This document shows, one piece after another, positions 49,136 through 57,334 of a DNA stretch of 64,000 nt (positions within the stretch are counted from its first letter, which is position 1; every line of letters begins with the position of its first letter). The DNA is taken from the IMG/VR virus record IMGVR_UViG_3300045051_000014, one strand, 5' to 3'. The notes under the pieces are model-generated. The model was not told where the DNA came from, did not search any database, and saw only the letters and a program-made list of their open reading frames with translations. Both the position numbers and the translations under genes were made by a program. Source of the DNA: a virus. Lineage: Duplodnaviria; Heunggongvirae; Uroviricota; Caudoviricetes.

Positions 49136-49689
49136 TGACTCTACCCACGGTAAATCTCGCAGCATCGGCAATTCAGACGGAGTACGGTGGTTCCAACCCT
49201 GTTGCTCTGTCTGAATACTATTCTGCGTGTACGAACGTGGCAACGTCGGGAACAATCAAGTATGCTCAGTTCCTAGGAACTACAAAACCGGCAAGCGGCA
49301 CGACACGATTGGATGCCGAGACACTGGTAGCTCATGGTATTCACTCGGCAACTTGTAACACTGTTTTCTTCGCCAATGGTACATCGCAACAGATTGTAGA
49401 CGGCGACATTACAGCCACAGGCGCAGGAAGCTATACTTGGCTACAGGGTGGCGCGGCAGGTGACTACGAAATCAAAGCCACAAAGACCGCAGGAACCGCA
49501 GCCGGAACGTTCTCTTCTGGATGGGCAAATGACACATGGGCAGCAATGTCTACAAACAGAAATGTATCTCTAACCAGAACCGCATTTGGAGTTGCTACGG
49601 TGACGTTGAGCATTTCCATTCGTTATACTTCTAATTCCACGGTCATCAACACGGCGACTACATCCATGAGTTCTGAGGCAGACAAGTAA
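49135..49689 (+). CDS. Putative fibre-tip/adhesin protein
   Basis: N-terminal AIQTEYGGSNPVALSEYY, paralogous to 51235. Confidence 0.7.
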   Translation: MTLPTVNLAASAIQTEYGGSNPVALSEYYSACTNVATSGTIKYAQFLGTTKPASGTTRLDAETLVAHGIHSATCNTVFFANGTSQQIVDGDITATGAGSYTWLQGGAAGDYEIKATKTAGTAAGTFSSGWANDTWAAMSTNRNVSLTRTAFGVATVTLSISIRYTSNSTVINTATTSMSSEADK

Positions 49690-49690
49690 C

Positions 49691-50254
49691 ATGTCATACG
49701 TAGACACACAACGAGAAATTGCCATCCTGTTTCCACACAAAACAGGAACGCATACGATTAGAACAATTCTGAAAGACCACGGAAGGATTCAACACGTAAA
49801 GCTACAGGGTGTTTGGAGTCACGAAACTCTAGACTATCTAAGGGCAACGTATCCCAACATCTACTCCTACGATGTGTATGCGTTCTACCGGGAGCCGGTC
49901 GAGCGATTCATGTCATTCGTGGCATACAACTATCGAAAGTTTCCACTGATGAAGCCGTGGACGAACGTTCACGATTACATTGAGGAATATGGATACTTCG
50001 CACCGCAGACTCGGTGGCTGACTCACCACACAGCCGACGTTCAACTTCTGGACTTCCGCAAGTTCGAAAGCGAACTTCGCAAGCTTCTGAATCGGTTGGA
50101 CATTCCTAACACCATCGACATTCCTAAGTTGAATAAGAGCGACAACAGGAAGTCGGTCGAGTCTCTGGCTCCCGACGAGATTCAAGCCATCAAGACAGTC
50201 ATGAAGGAAGAGGTGGACTTCTTTGAATCCAAGGGCATCAAGTTCAACATCTAA
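49691..50254 (+). CDS. Sulfotransferase-like protein (Sulfotransfer_2-type)
   Basis: PHKTGTHT (5'-PSB-like), YAFYREPVERFMS (3'-PB-like), PQ..W, P.LNKS. Confidence 0.75.
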   Translation: MSYVDTQREIAILFPHKTGTHTIRTILKDHGRIQHVKLQGVWSHETLDYLRATYPNIYSYDVYAFYREPVERFMSFVAYNYRKFPLMKPWTNVHDYIEEYGYFAPQTRWLTHHTADVQLLDFRKFESELRKLLNRLDIPNTIDIPKLNKSDNRKSVESLAPDEIQAIKTVMKEEVDFFESKGIKFNI

Positions 50255-50264
50255 ATAAGCAGCC

Positions 50265-51233
50265 ATGGCATACAATAGACCCACCGCAAATCAAGTCAAT
50301 CTAGGTTCTACGAATCTGGATCAGGTTATCAATGCCTCGGGAACGTGGATTGGTAGCCCTACCGGTTTGCAGGGTCCGACAGGATCGCAGGGTGTGCAGG
50401 GTTCAACCGGCTCACAAGGCGTGCAGGGTGTACAAGGTCGGCAGGGAACGACAGGAACTCAAGGCACAACCGGAGCGCAAGGTGTTCAGGGAACAACCGG
50501 TATACAAGGCACAACCGGCATTCAGGGAACGACCGGTGTTCAAGGTCTAACTGGACCCACTGGCAACCAATTGACGGTTGCCGATACTCGTAATACGGCT
50601 ACTACACCGGAAACATTAGCCTCGCCTCTGATTTCATTCGACTTCAAAGGCAACTCAACCGAAGGTCTTTCGGACGGTGGAACCTACTTTGGTGAGTTTA
50701 CATTCCGCAAGTACGGTAGCACTACCGACTGGACGGGTGGACCCTCTCACCAGTTGGGATTCACAGAAAACGCCAACGTCTTCCTTCGTGTTGGAACGAG
50801 TACGACATGGGGTGCTTGGGGACGATTGCTCAAAGAGAACACTAATTGTAATGTGGCATCGCTCGGTGTGGGAACCAACCCTTCGGGTACTGCCGGTGAA
50901 ATTCGTGCGACCAACAACATCACCGCATACTACTCGGACATGCGCCTCAAGGACAAACTCTATACTATTCCTGATGCGCTTGCCAAGGTCATGTCACTCT
51001 CAGGATTCTTCTTTACGCCTAATCAGGTCGCACAGGATTTGGGTTATGAACTCAAGCGAGAAGTCGGTGTCTCGGCACAGGAAGTCCAAGCCGTTCTACC
51101 AGAAGCCGTTGCGCCTGCACCTATTGATGAACAATACCTCACCGTCCGCTATGAGAAACTGGTGCCGCTACTGATCGAAGCCATCAAAGAACTCAAGCTT
51201 GAGGTTGAATTACTCAAAGCCAAGGTGCAGTGA
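50265..51233 (+). CDS. Short collagen-like fibre with S74 chaperone
   Basis: G-X-Q repeats ~50365-50565; [40 protein letters not shown]; late promoter CTAAATA 50251-50257. Confidence 0.85.
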   Translation: MAYNRPTANQVNLGSTNLDQVINASGTWIGSPTGLQGPTGSQGVQGSTGSQGVQGVQGRQGTTGTQGTTGAQGVQGTTGIQGTTGIQGTTGVQGLTGPTGNQLTVADTRNTATTPETLASPLISFDFKGNSTEGLSDGGTYFGEFTFRKYGSTTDWTGGPSHQLGFTENANVFLRVGTSTTWGAWGRLLKENTNCNVASLGVGTNPSGTAGEIRATNNITAYYSDMRLKDKLYTIPDALAKVMSLSGFFFTPNQVAQDLGYELKREVGVSAQEVQAVLPEAVAPAPIDEQYLTVRYEKLVPLLIEAIKELKLEVELLKAKVQ

Positions 51234-51234
51234 C

Positions 51235-52728
51235 ATGGCAGTTCCTACTTACCCTAGCGCAATCACGCTAACCGATATTCAGACCGAATTCGGCGGAAGC
51301 AATCCTGCGTCACTGAACGAATACTACTCGGGTGGAACCTATGTCGCATCCGGCATTGCGAACTCCACCGGCACCGTCATTCCGACTTCGGGCGCAATCA
51401 ACTTCCTGAACTTCTCGGGTGCGGTTTCATTCCCGGTTGACCCGACACAGCCTACCGTTACACTAGACCACTTCCACGGTAAGTGGTCTTGGGGTAATGA
51501 GCAAATGTATGACCTGTTTCAGAGTAATAAAACAGGTCACATCTACGCCAGAGCCGGAAATAACCTTCTTTGGTGTCTGGATGGATCGGGCGCAAAAGTA
51601 TTCGCGAACACGTATACTACAGGACAGGGTGCTTGGGCTGTCTCTGAAAGAAATCCATATTACATCTACTGGAAGAGTGGATCTGGAAGTTCGCTCGTAT
51701 TTGGAAAAACCTCCAATACTGGAACAATAGTAAAACAATCCAACATTTCTTGGGGAACATCAAATACTTCGATTTGGATTTACGGCTTGAAGCCCACATC
51801 CGGAACTGCCAATGCGAACACTTCTCTCTATGGAATATTTGCAAGCAACGTCAATTCTGGTAATTGTACAACCAGTATTGTCAAAATCAATGCAAGTGAC
51901 ATGACTACAGTTGAGTGGGCGAAGACAACTTCGGTCATCGGCTCGGATGTGACAGCCAACATCAGACCAAATTACATCTACACTACGGCTGACGAAAGTG
52001 CTGTCATTGTTTCTGGTCAGAGAACTACAACCAATACCGTAGTGTTGGTACTAGCGGCATCGGATGGAGCCACACAACAAAGTTGGCAGACCGCACCAAA
52101 TTACGAAATCAAGCGCAAGCCAACGTCGGCTAACAACATTGCGTTGTCGTATGTACAATATTTCAGTTTGAAATCCAATACCGGAGCAAATGTTGCTAAC
52201 CTGTATATTTCCAATACATCGTGGACAGGCGCATATGCTTCTTATATCTATGACATAGACTACGATTCCAATATATACTGCGCGGCGCGTAGGCAGGTGG
52301 GCAACACATCTGAAATTGTTGCCACGATTGCGAAATACAATACTTCCGGAACTCGACAGTGGCAAATAAAGATTGGAACAACGAACTCAGCAAATGGTGT
52401 GTTGATTAATAGTTTCAGTGCCTCAAATAACAGGCTTGTCCTCCAACTACAAGAATTCACCGAGACTTGGGACGGTTTTAAGTGGTATACGAGTGGTTTT
52501 GGTGTAGTCAGGTATCTAAGTATTGATGCCGCATCTGGTAACACCGGAACCATGGGTGAGTATACTCTCACTAGTGATACTACGAGTATTTGGTCTACGG
52601 GAACCGGAAACATTGGATTGTGGTCATATACATACAGCCCAAGAACCACCTATGATTTCACACTCGCGGCTAATACCCTTGGCACCGGAACGGCTAATAC
52701 TGGAACCTTCACGAAGACAGCACTATGA
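51235..52728 (+). CDS. Putative fibre-tip/adhesin protein with beta-propeller-like body
   Basis: N-terminal ITLTDIQTEFGGSNPASLNEYYSGG; repeated D.SG..W-like blades; start moved to ATG 51235. Confidence 0.7.
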   Translation: MAVPTYPSAITLTDIQTEFGGSNPASLNEYYSGGTYVASGIANSTGTVIPTSGAINFLNFSGAVSFPVDPTQPTVTLDHFHGKWSWGNEQMYDLFQSNKTGHIYARAGNNLLWCLDGSGAKVFANTYTTGQGAWAVSERNPYYIYWKSGSGSSLVFGKTSNTGTIVKQSNISWGTSNTSIWIYGLKPTSGTANANTSLYGIFASNVNSGNCTTSIVKINASDMTTVEWAKTTSVIGSDVTANIRPNYIYTTADESAVIVSGQRTTTNTVVLVLAASDGATQQSWQTAPNYEIKRKPTSANNIALSYVQYFSLKSNTGANVANLYISNTSWTGAYASYIYDIDYDSNIYCAARRQVGNTSEIVATIAKYNTSGTRQWQIKIGTTNSANGVLINSFSASNNRLVLQLQEFTETWDGFKWYTSGFGVVRYLSIDAASGNTGTMGEYTLTSDTTSIWSTGTGNIGLWSYTYSPRTTYDFTLAANTLGTGTANTGTFTKTAL

Positions 52729-53429
52729 TCATTTCACCAGACAAAACCAAGGTCTTCCTTGCCGTCACAAAGAACGGTTCGACTACCGTTGAATACCTAC
52801 TGTCTCAGATTCCCGGTGTCATCTATCTGGATCATATGCGGGTGAAGCATGGGGATCGCGGAACTCTTCAAACTCAAACGGAAATAAATCCACTGGTCGC
52901 AGATGTGAATGCACAGACAATAGAGTGCTATGCGTTTATTCGCAATCCTGTGGATCGTTTCTTCTCGGCATGTAATTATCTCAAGAGATTTCCATATTCT
53001 CTTGTTAATTTGTTTCCAGAGAAATTCAGTGTCGAAGAATTCTCAATTCCAACTAACGACCCTCCGCGCCAATGGAGTTTGGCTGAGTGGCTTTCTATGC
53101 CGCTATCTCTAAGAACGAGAATTCGCAATCTGACCATAGAGGATTTTCTAAGTATTCCTGAGTATAAACTCGGCTACGTGATACGAGAGCAGTCCCACTG
53201 GTTTGATTTGGGAACTACAGGACTTCGATATGATGACTTCCAGAATGAAGTCCGCAGGCTGATCACCCTATTTGGTGGCGACCCTACGGTAAATATCCCC
53301 AACCTGAACGCTGCGGACGATTTTCCAACGGTTACACAGTACGTTAGAACCCACGACATTTACATGGAAATGTTCCGCCGTTACGAGCGGGACTATCGGC
53401 TATTAGAAGCCTACGGAATGGATCATTAA
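52725..53429 (+). CDS. Second sulfotransferase-like protein (Sulfotransfer_2-type)
   Basis: MIIS....FL.VTKNGSTT, YAFIRNPVDRFFSA, EQS.W, RYDD, P.LN, Y..DY. Confidence 0.75.
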   Translation: MIISPDKTKVFLAVTKNGSTTVEYLLSQIPGVIYLDHMRVKHGDRGTLQTQTEINPLVADVNAQTIECYAFIRNPVDRFFSACNYLKRFPYSLVNLFPEKFSVEEFSIPTNDPPRQWSLAEWLSMPLSLRTRIRNLTIEDFLSIPEYKLGYVIREQSHWFDLGTTGLRYDDFQNEVRRLITLFGGDPTVNIPNLNAADDFPTVTQYVRTHDIYMEMFRRYERDYRLLEAYGMDH

Positions 53430-53440
53430 GGAGAACAACA

Positions 53441-53737
53441 ATGAAAATTCGCCCCGTCTACAACTTCATCCTACTGCGCCGGTCTTGGATCGGCGGGATC
53501 ACTATCTACCCTTTCATCTTCTTCAAGCGCAAGAAAGAGGAAGTCACTGATCGCCTGTTTCGGCACGAACTGGAACATATCTATCAGGTTCGGGAAGAGG
53601 GTTGGCTCAAGTTCTACATTACCTACCTATGGGAGTCCATTCGCCATGGCTATAAGGGTAATAAGTACGAAATCGCTGCCGACCTGATGGAGAATACCCC
53701 GCTCACTCCCCAAGAGCGAGCATTGAAAGACTCCTAA
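53441..53737 (+). CDS. Small HExxH putative zinc metallopeptidase (DUF4157-like)
   Basis: GITIYPFIF, LFRHELEHIYQ, N.YE..A. Confidence 0.6.
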   Translation: MKIRPVYNFILLRRSWIGGITIYPFIFFKRKKEEVTDRLFRHELEHIYQVREEGWLKFYITYLWESIRHGYKGNKYEIAADLMENTPLTPQERALKDS

Positions 53738-53741
53738 ATAG

Positions 53742-54131
53742 ATGACAGACCCTTTGGAGAATGACATGACGATTACATACACTTGGGATATCCTCTCCCT
53801 CACGAAGAAAGACTTCCCGGCACTCGGATTGACCGATGTGGTGGTTGCCGTCGAGTGGAAAAAGACCGGTACGAATGAATCCGGCAAGACGTTCGATTAC
53901 GTCTGCCTTACCTCCGTTGCGCCACCAACTCAAGCCGAAGGGTTCAAGGATCTGGACGACCTGACCGAAGAAGAGGTCATTGCATGGGTGGTTGCCGGAA
54001 TTGATCCGGATTCGATGCGTGCCATTGACGAGCATATCACTCGCCAGTTGACCGAAGATCCAGTCAAGGAAGTGGTTGTTCCGTGGGTCAAGAAGGCACA
54101 AAAGAAGGCTTCTAAGAAGGGGAGCAAGTAA
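53742..54131 (+). CDS. Conserved hypothetical phage protein often found in fibre regions
   Basis: TYTW.I..L...VV..V.W..TG, F..LTEE.V.AWV; late promoter CTAAATA 53734-53740. Confidence 0.6.
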   Translation: MTDPLENDMTITYTWDILSLTKKDFPALGLTDVVVAVEWKKTGTNESGKTFDYVCLTSVAPPTQAEGFKDLDDLTEEEVIAWVVAGIDPDSMRAIDEHITRQLTEDPVKEVVVPWVKKAQKKASKKGSK

Positions 54132-54955
54132 TGGCAAACCCAACCGACAGAGCATCCCTCAAGGACTACTGCCTGCGCAAGCTAGGCTTTCCGGTCATTG
54201 ATATTAACGTGGACGACGATCAGGTAGAAGACCGTATTGACGATGCGCTACAGACCTATGCTGAGTTCCATTACGATGCGACTCATGCCGACTATCTGAT
54301 GGTCAAGATGACTCCGGAAATGCTCGCGAATGGTTCCAACATTGCGTCTGCAACCAATGCCAACGGGTCCATTGCGAACTCTACATATTCGTGGATTCCT
54401 CTGCCGGATAACGTCATGGGTGTCTCTCGCATCTTCCCTCTCACCGGAACGACTATTTCGGGTGGCGGAAGTTCGGCAGACTTCAACATTTTCGACCTGA
54501 ACTACCAGTTGCGCCTGAACGAGCTTTATGAATTCACCAGTTCATCCTACCAGTATTACTGGATTGCCCGTACTCACCTTCGAATGCTTGAGCTACTTCT
54601 AATCGGTCAGAATCCAATTCGATTCAACAAGCACATGGGTCGCCTGTACATCGACATGCATTGGCGTTCGCCCGAAGTACCGGCAAACACCTACATGCTG
54701 ATCGAATGCACTCGCGTTCTGGATCCGGTGGAATTCCCCAAGATCATGAACGATAAGTGGCTCAAGGAATACGCCACCCAACTGATCAAGCGTCAGTGGG
54801 GTGAGAACATGAAGAAGTACGGCAACTATACGCTTCCGGGTGGTATGGTCATCAATGGTCAGGGAATCTACGAGGAAGCTATCGCAGACATTGCTCGGTT
54901 GGAACTCCAACTCCGCGACACATGGGAAGAGCCACCACAGTTCCTTATTGGATAA
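54131..54955 (+). CDS. gp13: Neck protein gp13
   Basis: P..R..LKDYCLRKLG.PVI.INVDDDQVEDRID.AL, ND.WLK.YAT.LIK.QWG.N..KY....LPGG. Confidence 0.95.
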   Translation: MANPTDRASLKDYCLRKLGFPVIDINVDDDQVEDRIDDALQTYAEFHYDATHADYLMVKMTPEMLANGSNIASATNANGSIANSTYSWIPLPDNVMGVSRIFPLTGTTISGGGSSADFNIFDLNYQLRLNELYEFTSSSYQYYWIARTHLRMLELLLIGQNPIRFNKHMGRLYIDMHWRSPEVPANTYMLIECTRVLDPVEFPKIMNDKWLKEYATQLIKRQWGENMKKYGNYTLPGGMVINGQGIYEEAIADIARLELQLRDTWEEPPQFLIG

Positions 54956-54958
54956 GCC

Positions 54959-55873
54959 ATGCCAACGTCAGTTTACTTCAACAATCAGAACGCGACTCGG
55001 GAGCAGATGCTCCTTGAGGATCTTGTCATTGAGAGCATTCGCAATCATGGCATTGACGTTTACTATCTGCCACGAACCTCTCAGGCAGTTCTAGACGACC
55101 TGTTCGGTGATGATCCGGTCAAGTATTATGATCAGGCTATCAAGATCGACATGTACCTTGAAACCTTCCAAGACTTCGGCGGTCAGCAGGAATTCTTCTC
55201 CAAGTTCGGCTTGCAGATTGAAAAGACGGCTAGACTGGCTGTGGCTCGTCGCACCTTTGAGAAGTACATTTCCCAAAGCCTGCGCCTGATGCCGAAGGAA
55301 GGCGACCTTATCTACATGCCTATTCAGCGAAAGCTAATGGAAATTAGATTCGTGGAACGCGACATGTCCTTCTTCCAGTTGGGTAAGGTGGTTCCTTACA
55401 TGTACGGGTTGTCTTTGGAAACCTTCAAGTACAACGGCGAGTTCATCAACACCGGCATCGAAGAGATTGACAACGTGGCAGACGAATCGGCACAGTCCAT
55501 CAACTACTACGTATCGAACACTTCCTATGGATCCTCGGCAACGTTTGCCAGAGGCGAGGTTGCGTTCCAAGGCGCAAATACCTCTTCCAATGTGTTCGGA
55601 ATTGTGGTATCCTTTGACAGACCGGCAGGCGTATTGCGTCTGCGTAATATCCGTGGCGAGTTTGTCACCACCGCAAATGCGAACACGATTACGGGTCAGA
55701 CTTCCGGCGCGACCGCAAATCTAGTATCGTACACGCTCCTCTACAATGCAACGATTCCGCAGGGTGACGTTGCCGACAACGTGATCATCGAAGCCGAAGC
55801 CGGATCGTCTACGGGTGCGCCGGGAAGTGGCGTAATTGACTTCTCTGAGAACAATCCATTTGGTGAGCCATAA
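54959..55873 (+). CDS. gp14: Neck protein gp14
   Basis: EQ.L.EDL..ESI...G.DVYYLPR, FFSKFGL, P.EGDLIY, FFQLGK, FSE.NPFGE. Confidence 0.95.
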   Translation: MPTSVYFNNQNATREQMLLEDLVIESIRNHGIDVYYLPRTSQAVLDDLFGDDPVKYYDQAIKIDMYLETFQDFGGQQEFFSKFGLQIEKTARLAVARRTFEKYISQSLRLMPKEGDLIYMPIQRKLMEIRFVERDMSFFQLGKVVPYMYGLSLETFKYNGEFINTGIEEIDNVADESAQSINYYVSNTSYGSSATFARGEVAFQGANTSSNVFGIVVSFDRPAGVLRLRNIRGEFVTTANANTITGQTSGATANLVSYTLLYNATIPQGDVADNVIIEAEAGSSTGAPGSGVIDFSENNPFGEP

Positions 55874-56877
55874 TGCTGAACTATAACGGTGAACAGATTC
55901 ACTACTATCACCGCATCATCCGTAAACTGGTGGTCGCGTTCGGCTCGCTGTTCAATAACATGCGACTGGTGCGCTATGCCAACGACGGCGTGACGGAGAT
56001 TGAGCGCATCAACGTGCCGCTTATGTACGCATCGAAGGAAAAGTTCTACATGCGTATCTCTAATTCTCCGGACTTTGTGAATCCGGTGAACCTGACCCTG
56101 CCGCGCATGGCATTCGAAATGAACGGTATCTCCTACGATCCGCTGCGCAAGATCTCTAATCATACTGAGATTTTCGCACAGGGAACCCCGCTCGGCTTGA
56201 AGAAAGCACGCTATACGCCCTACAACTTCGACTTCAACCTGTACTGCTTTGTCCGCAATACCGAAGACGGCGCACAGATCGTGGAGCAGATTCTTCCGTT
56301 CTTCACGCCCGACTACACGCTGACGCTGGACTTTGTGGGCATTGACGACATGAAGCTCGACGTTCCGGTAGTGTTCAACTCCATTACCTACGATGACTCG
56401 CATGAAGGTGATCCTGAGTCCACTCGTAGCATCATCTGGACGCTGAACTTCACGGCAAAGGCGTTCATGTTCGGACCTATCGGGGACATTCGCCCTATCA
56501 AGAAGTCGATTGCCAATATCTACGACAACACCTATGAGACTAATCCGTTGCGCGAAATGACACTCGCAGAAGGCGCAGGCGACTACAAGTACAACGAAAT
56601 GGTCTTTCAGGGTCGCGATGTTTCAGAGGCAGATGCCACGGCATACGTCCGCAATTGGAGTGCCAACTCTAATACAATCATCGTCTACGACACCAACGGC
56701 ACCTTCAAGGCAAATACGATTCTTGTCGGCGCAGTCTCCGGAGCTAAGTATAACGTGGCATCCTTCAACGTGGCGAATACCATTCTCGCACAGATCACGG
56801 TCGAGCCTACACCTAACACTGCAAACACGGAAGCCGAAGCATTCGGATTCTCTACGAACATAACCGAGTACATGTAA
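55873..56877 (+). CDS. gp15: Tail sheath stabilizer/completion gp15
   Basis: YH..IRK.VVAFG.LFN, VPL.Y..KEKF, LPRM.FEM..I.YD..RK, EQILPFF.P. Confidence 0.95.
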   Translation: MLNYNGEQIHYYHRIIRKLVVAFGSLFNNMRLVRYANDGVTEIERINVPLMYASKEKFYMRISNSPDFVNPVNLTLPRMAFEMNGISYDPLRKISNHTEIFAQGTPLGLKKARYTPYNFDFNLYCFVRNTEDGAQIVEQILPFFTPDYTLTLDFVGIDDMKLDVPVVFNSITYDDSHEGDPESTRSIIWTLNFTAKAFMFGPIGDIRPIKKSIANIYDNTYETNPLREMTLAEGAGDYKYNEMVFQGRDVSEADATAYVRNWSANSNTIIVYDTNGTFKANTILVGAVSGAKYNVASFNVANTILAQITVEPTPNTANTEAEAFGFSTNITEYM

Positions 56878-56878
56878 T

Positions 56879-57334
56879 ATGAGTGAAGTCGAAAAGAACC
56901 TCGACGCAATTCTGGAAGTTGCCGAAGAGGTTGTGGTCGAAGCAGAAGTGGTCGGTGAGATTGTTGTTGCAGAGCAACATCCAGTTGCCACCATCACCGA
57001 CGATCCACAGCCTAACACTAATCGGGACGTAGAGTTTGACTACGAGTTCTCCCGCACGACCCACCGCGACCTGATCGAACAGGGGCAGGAAGCCCTCGGG
57101 GATCTTCTCAAGGTTGCCAAAGAGGGTCAGCATCCGCGAGCCTATGAAGTGGCTGCGAACATGCTCAAGAGCCTTTCCGACATGACTGACAAGCTCATGG
57201 TGCTTCACAAGCAAAAGAAAGAACTGGATGGCAGAGAAGGCGGTCCTGCACCTACCCAACAGACCGTTAACATCGACAAGGCTGTATTCACCGGCAGCAC
57301 GGCTGACCTATTGAAGCAGATCAAGAATGGTTGA
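56879..57334 (+). CDS. gp16: Terminase small subunit gp16
   Basis: DY...R.....LI..G..AL..L..VA....HPRAYEV, F.GST.DL.K. Confidence 0.95.
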   Translation: MSEVEKNLDAILEVAEEVVVEAEVVGEIVVAEQHPVATITDDPQPNTNRDVEFDYEFSRTTHRDLIEQGQEALGDLLKVAKEGQHPRAYEVAANMLKSLSDMTDKLMVLHKQKKELDGREGGPAPTQQTVNIDKAVFTGSTADLLKQIKNG

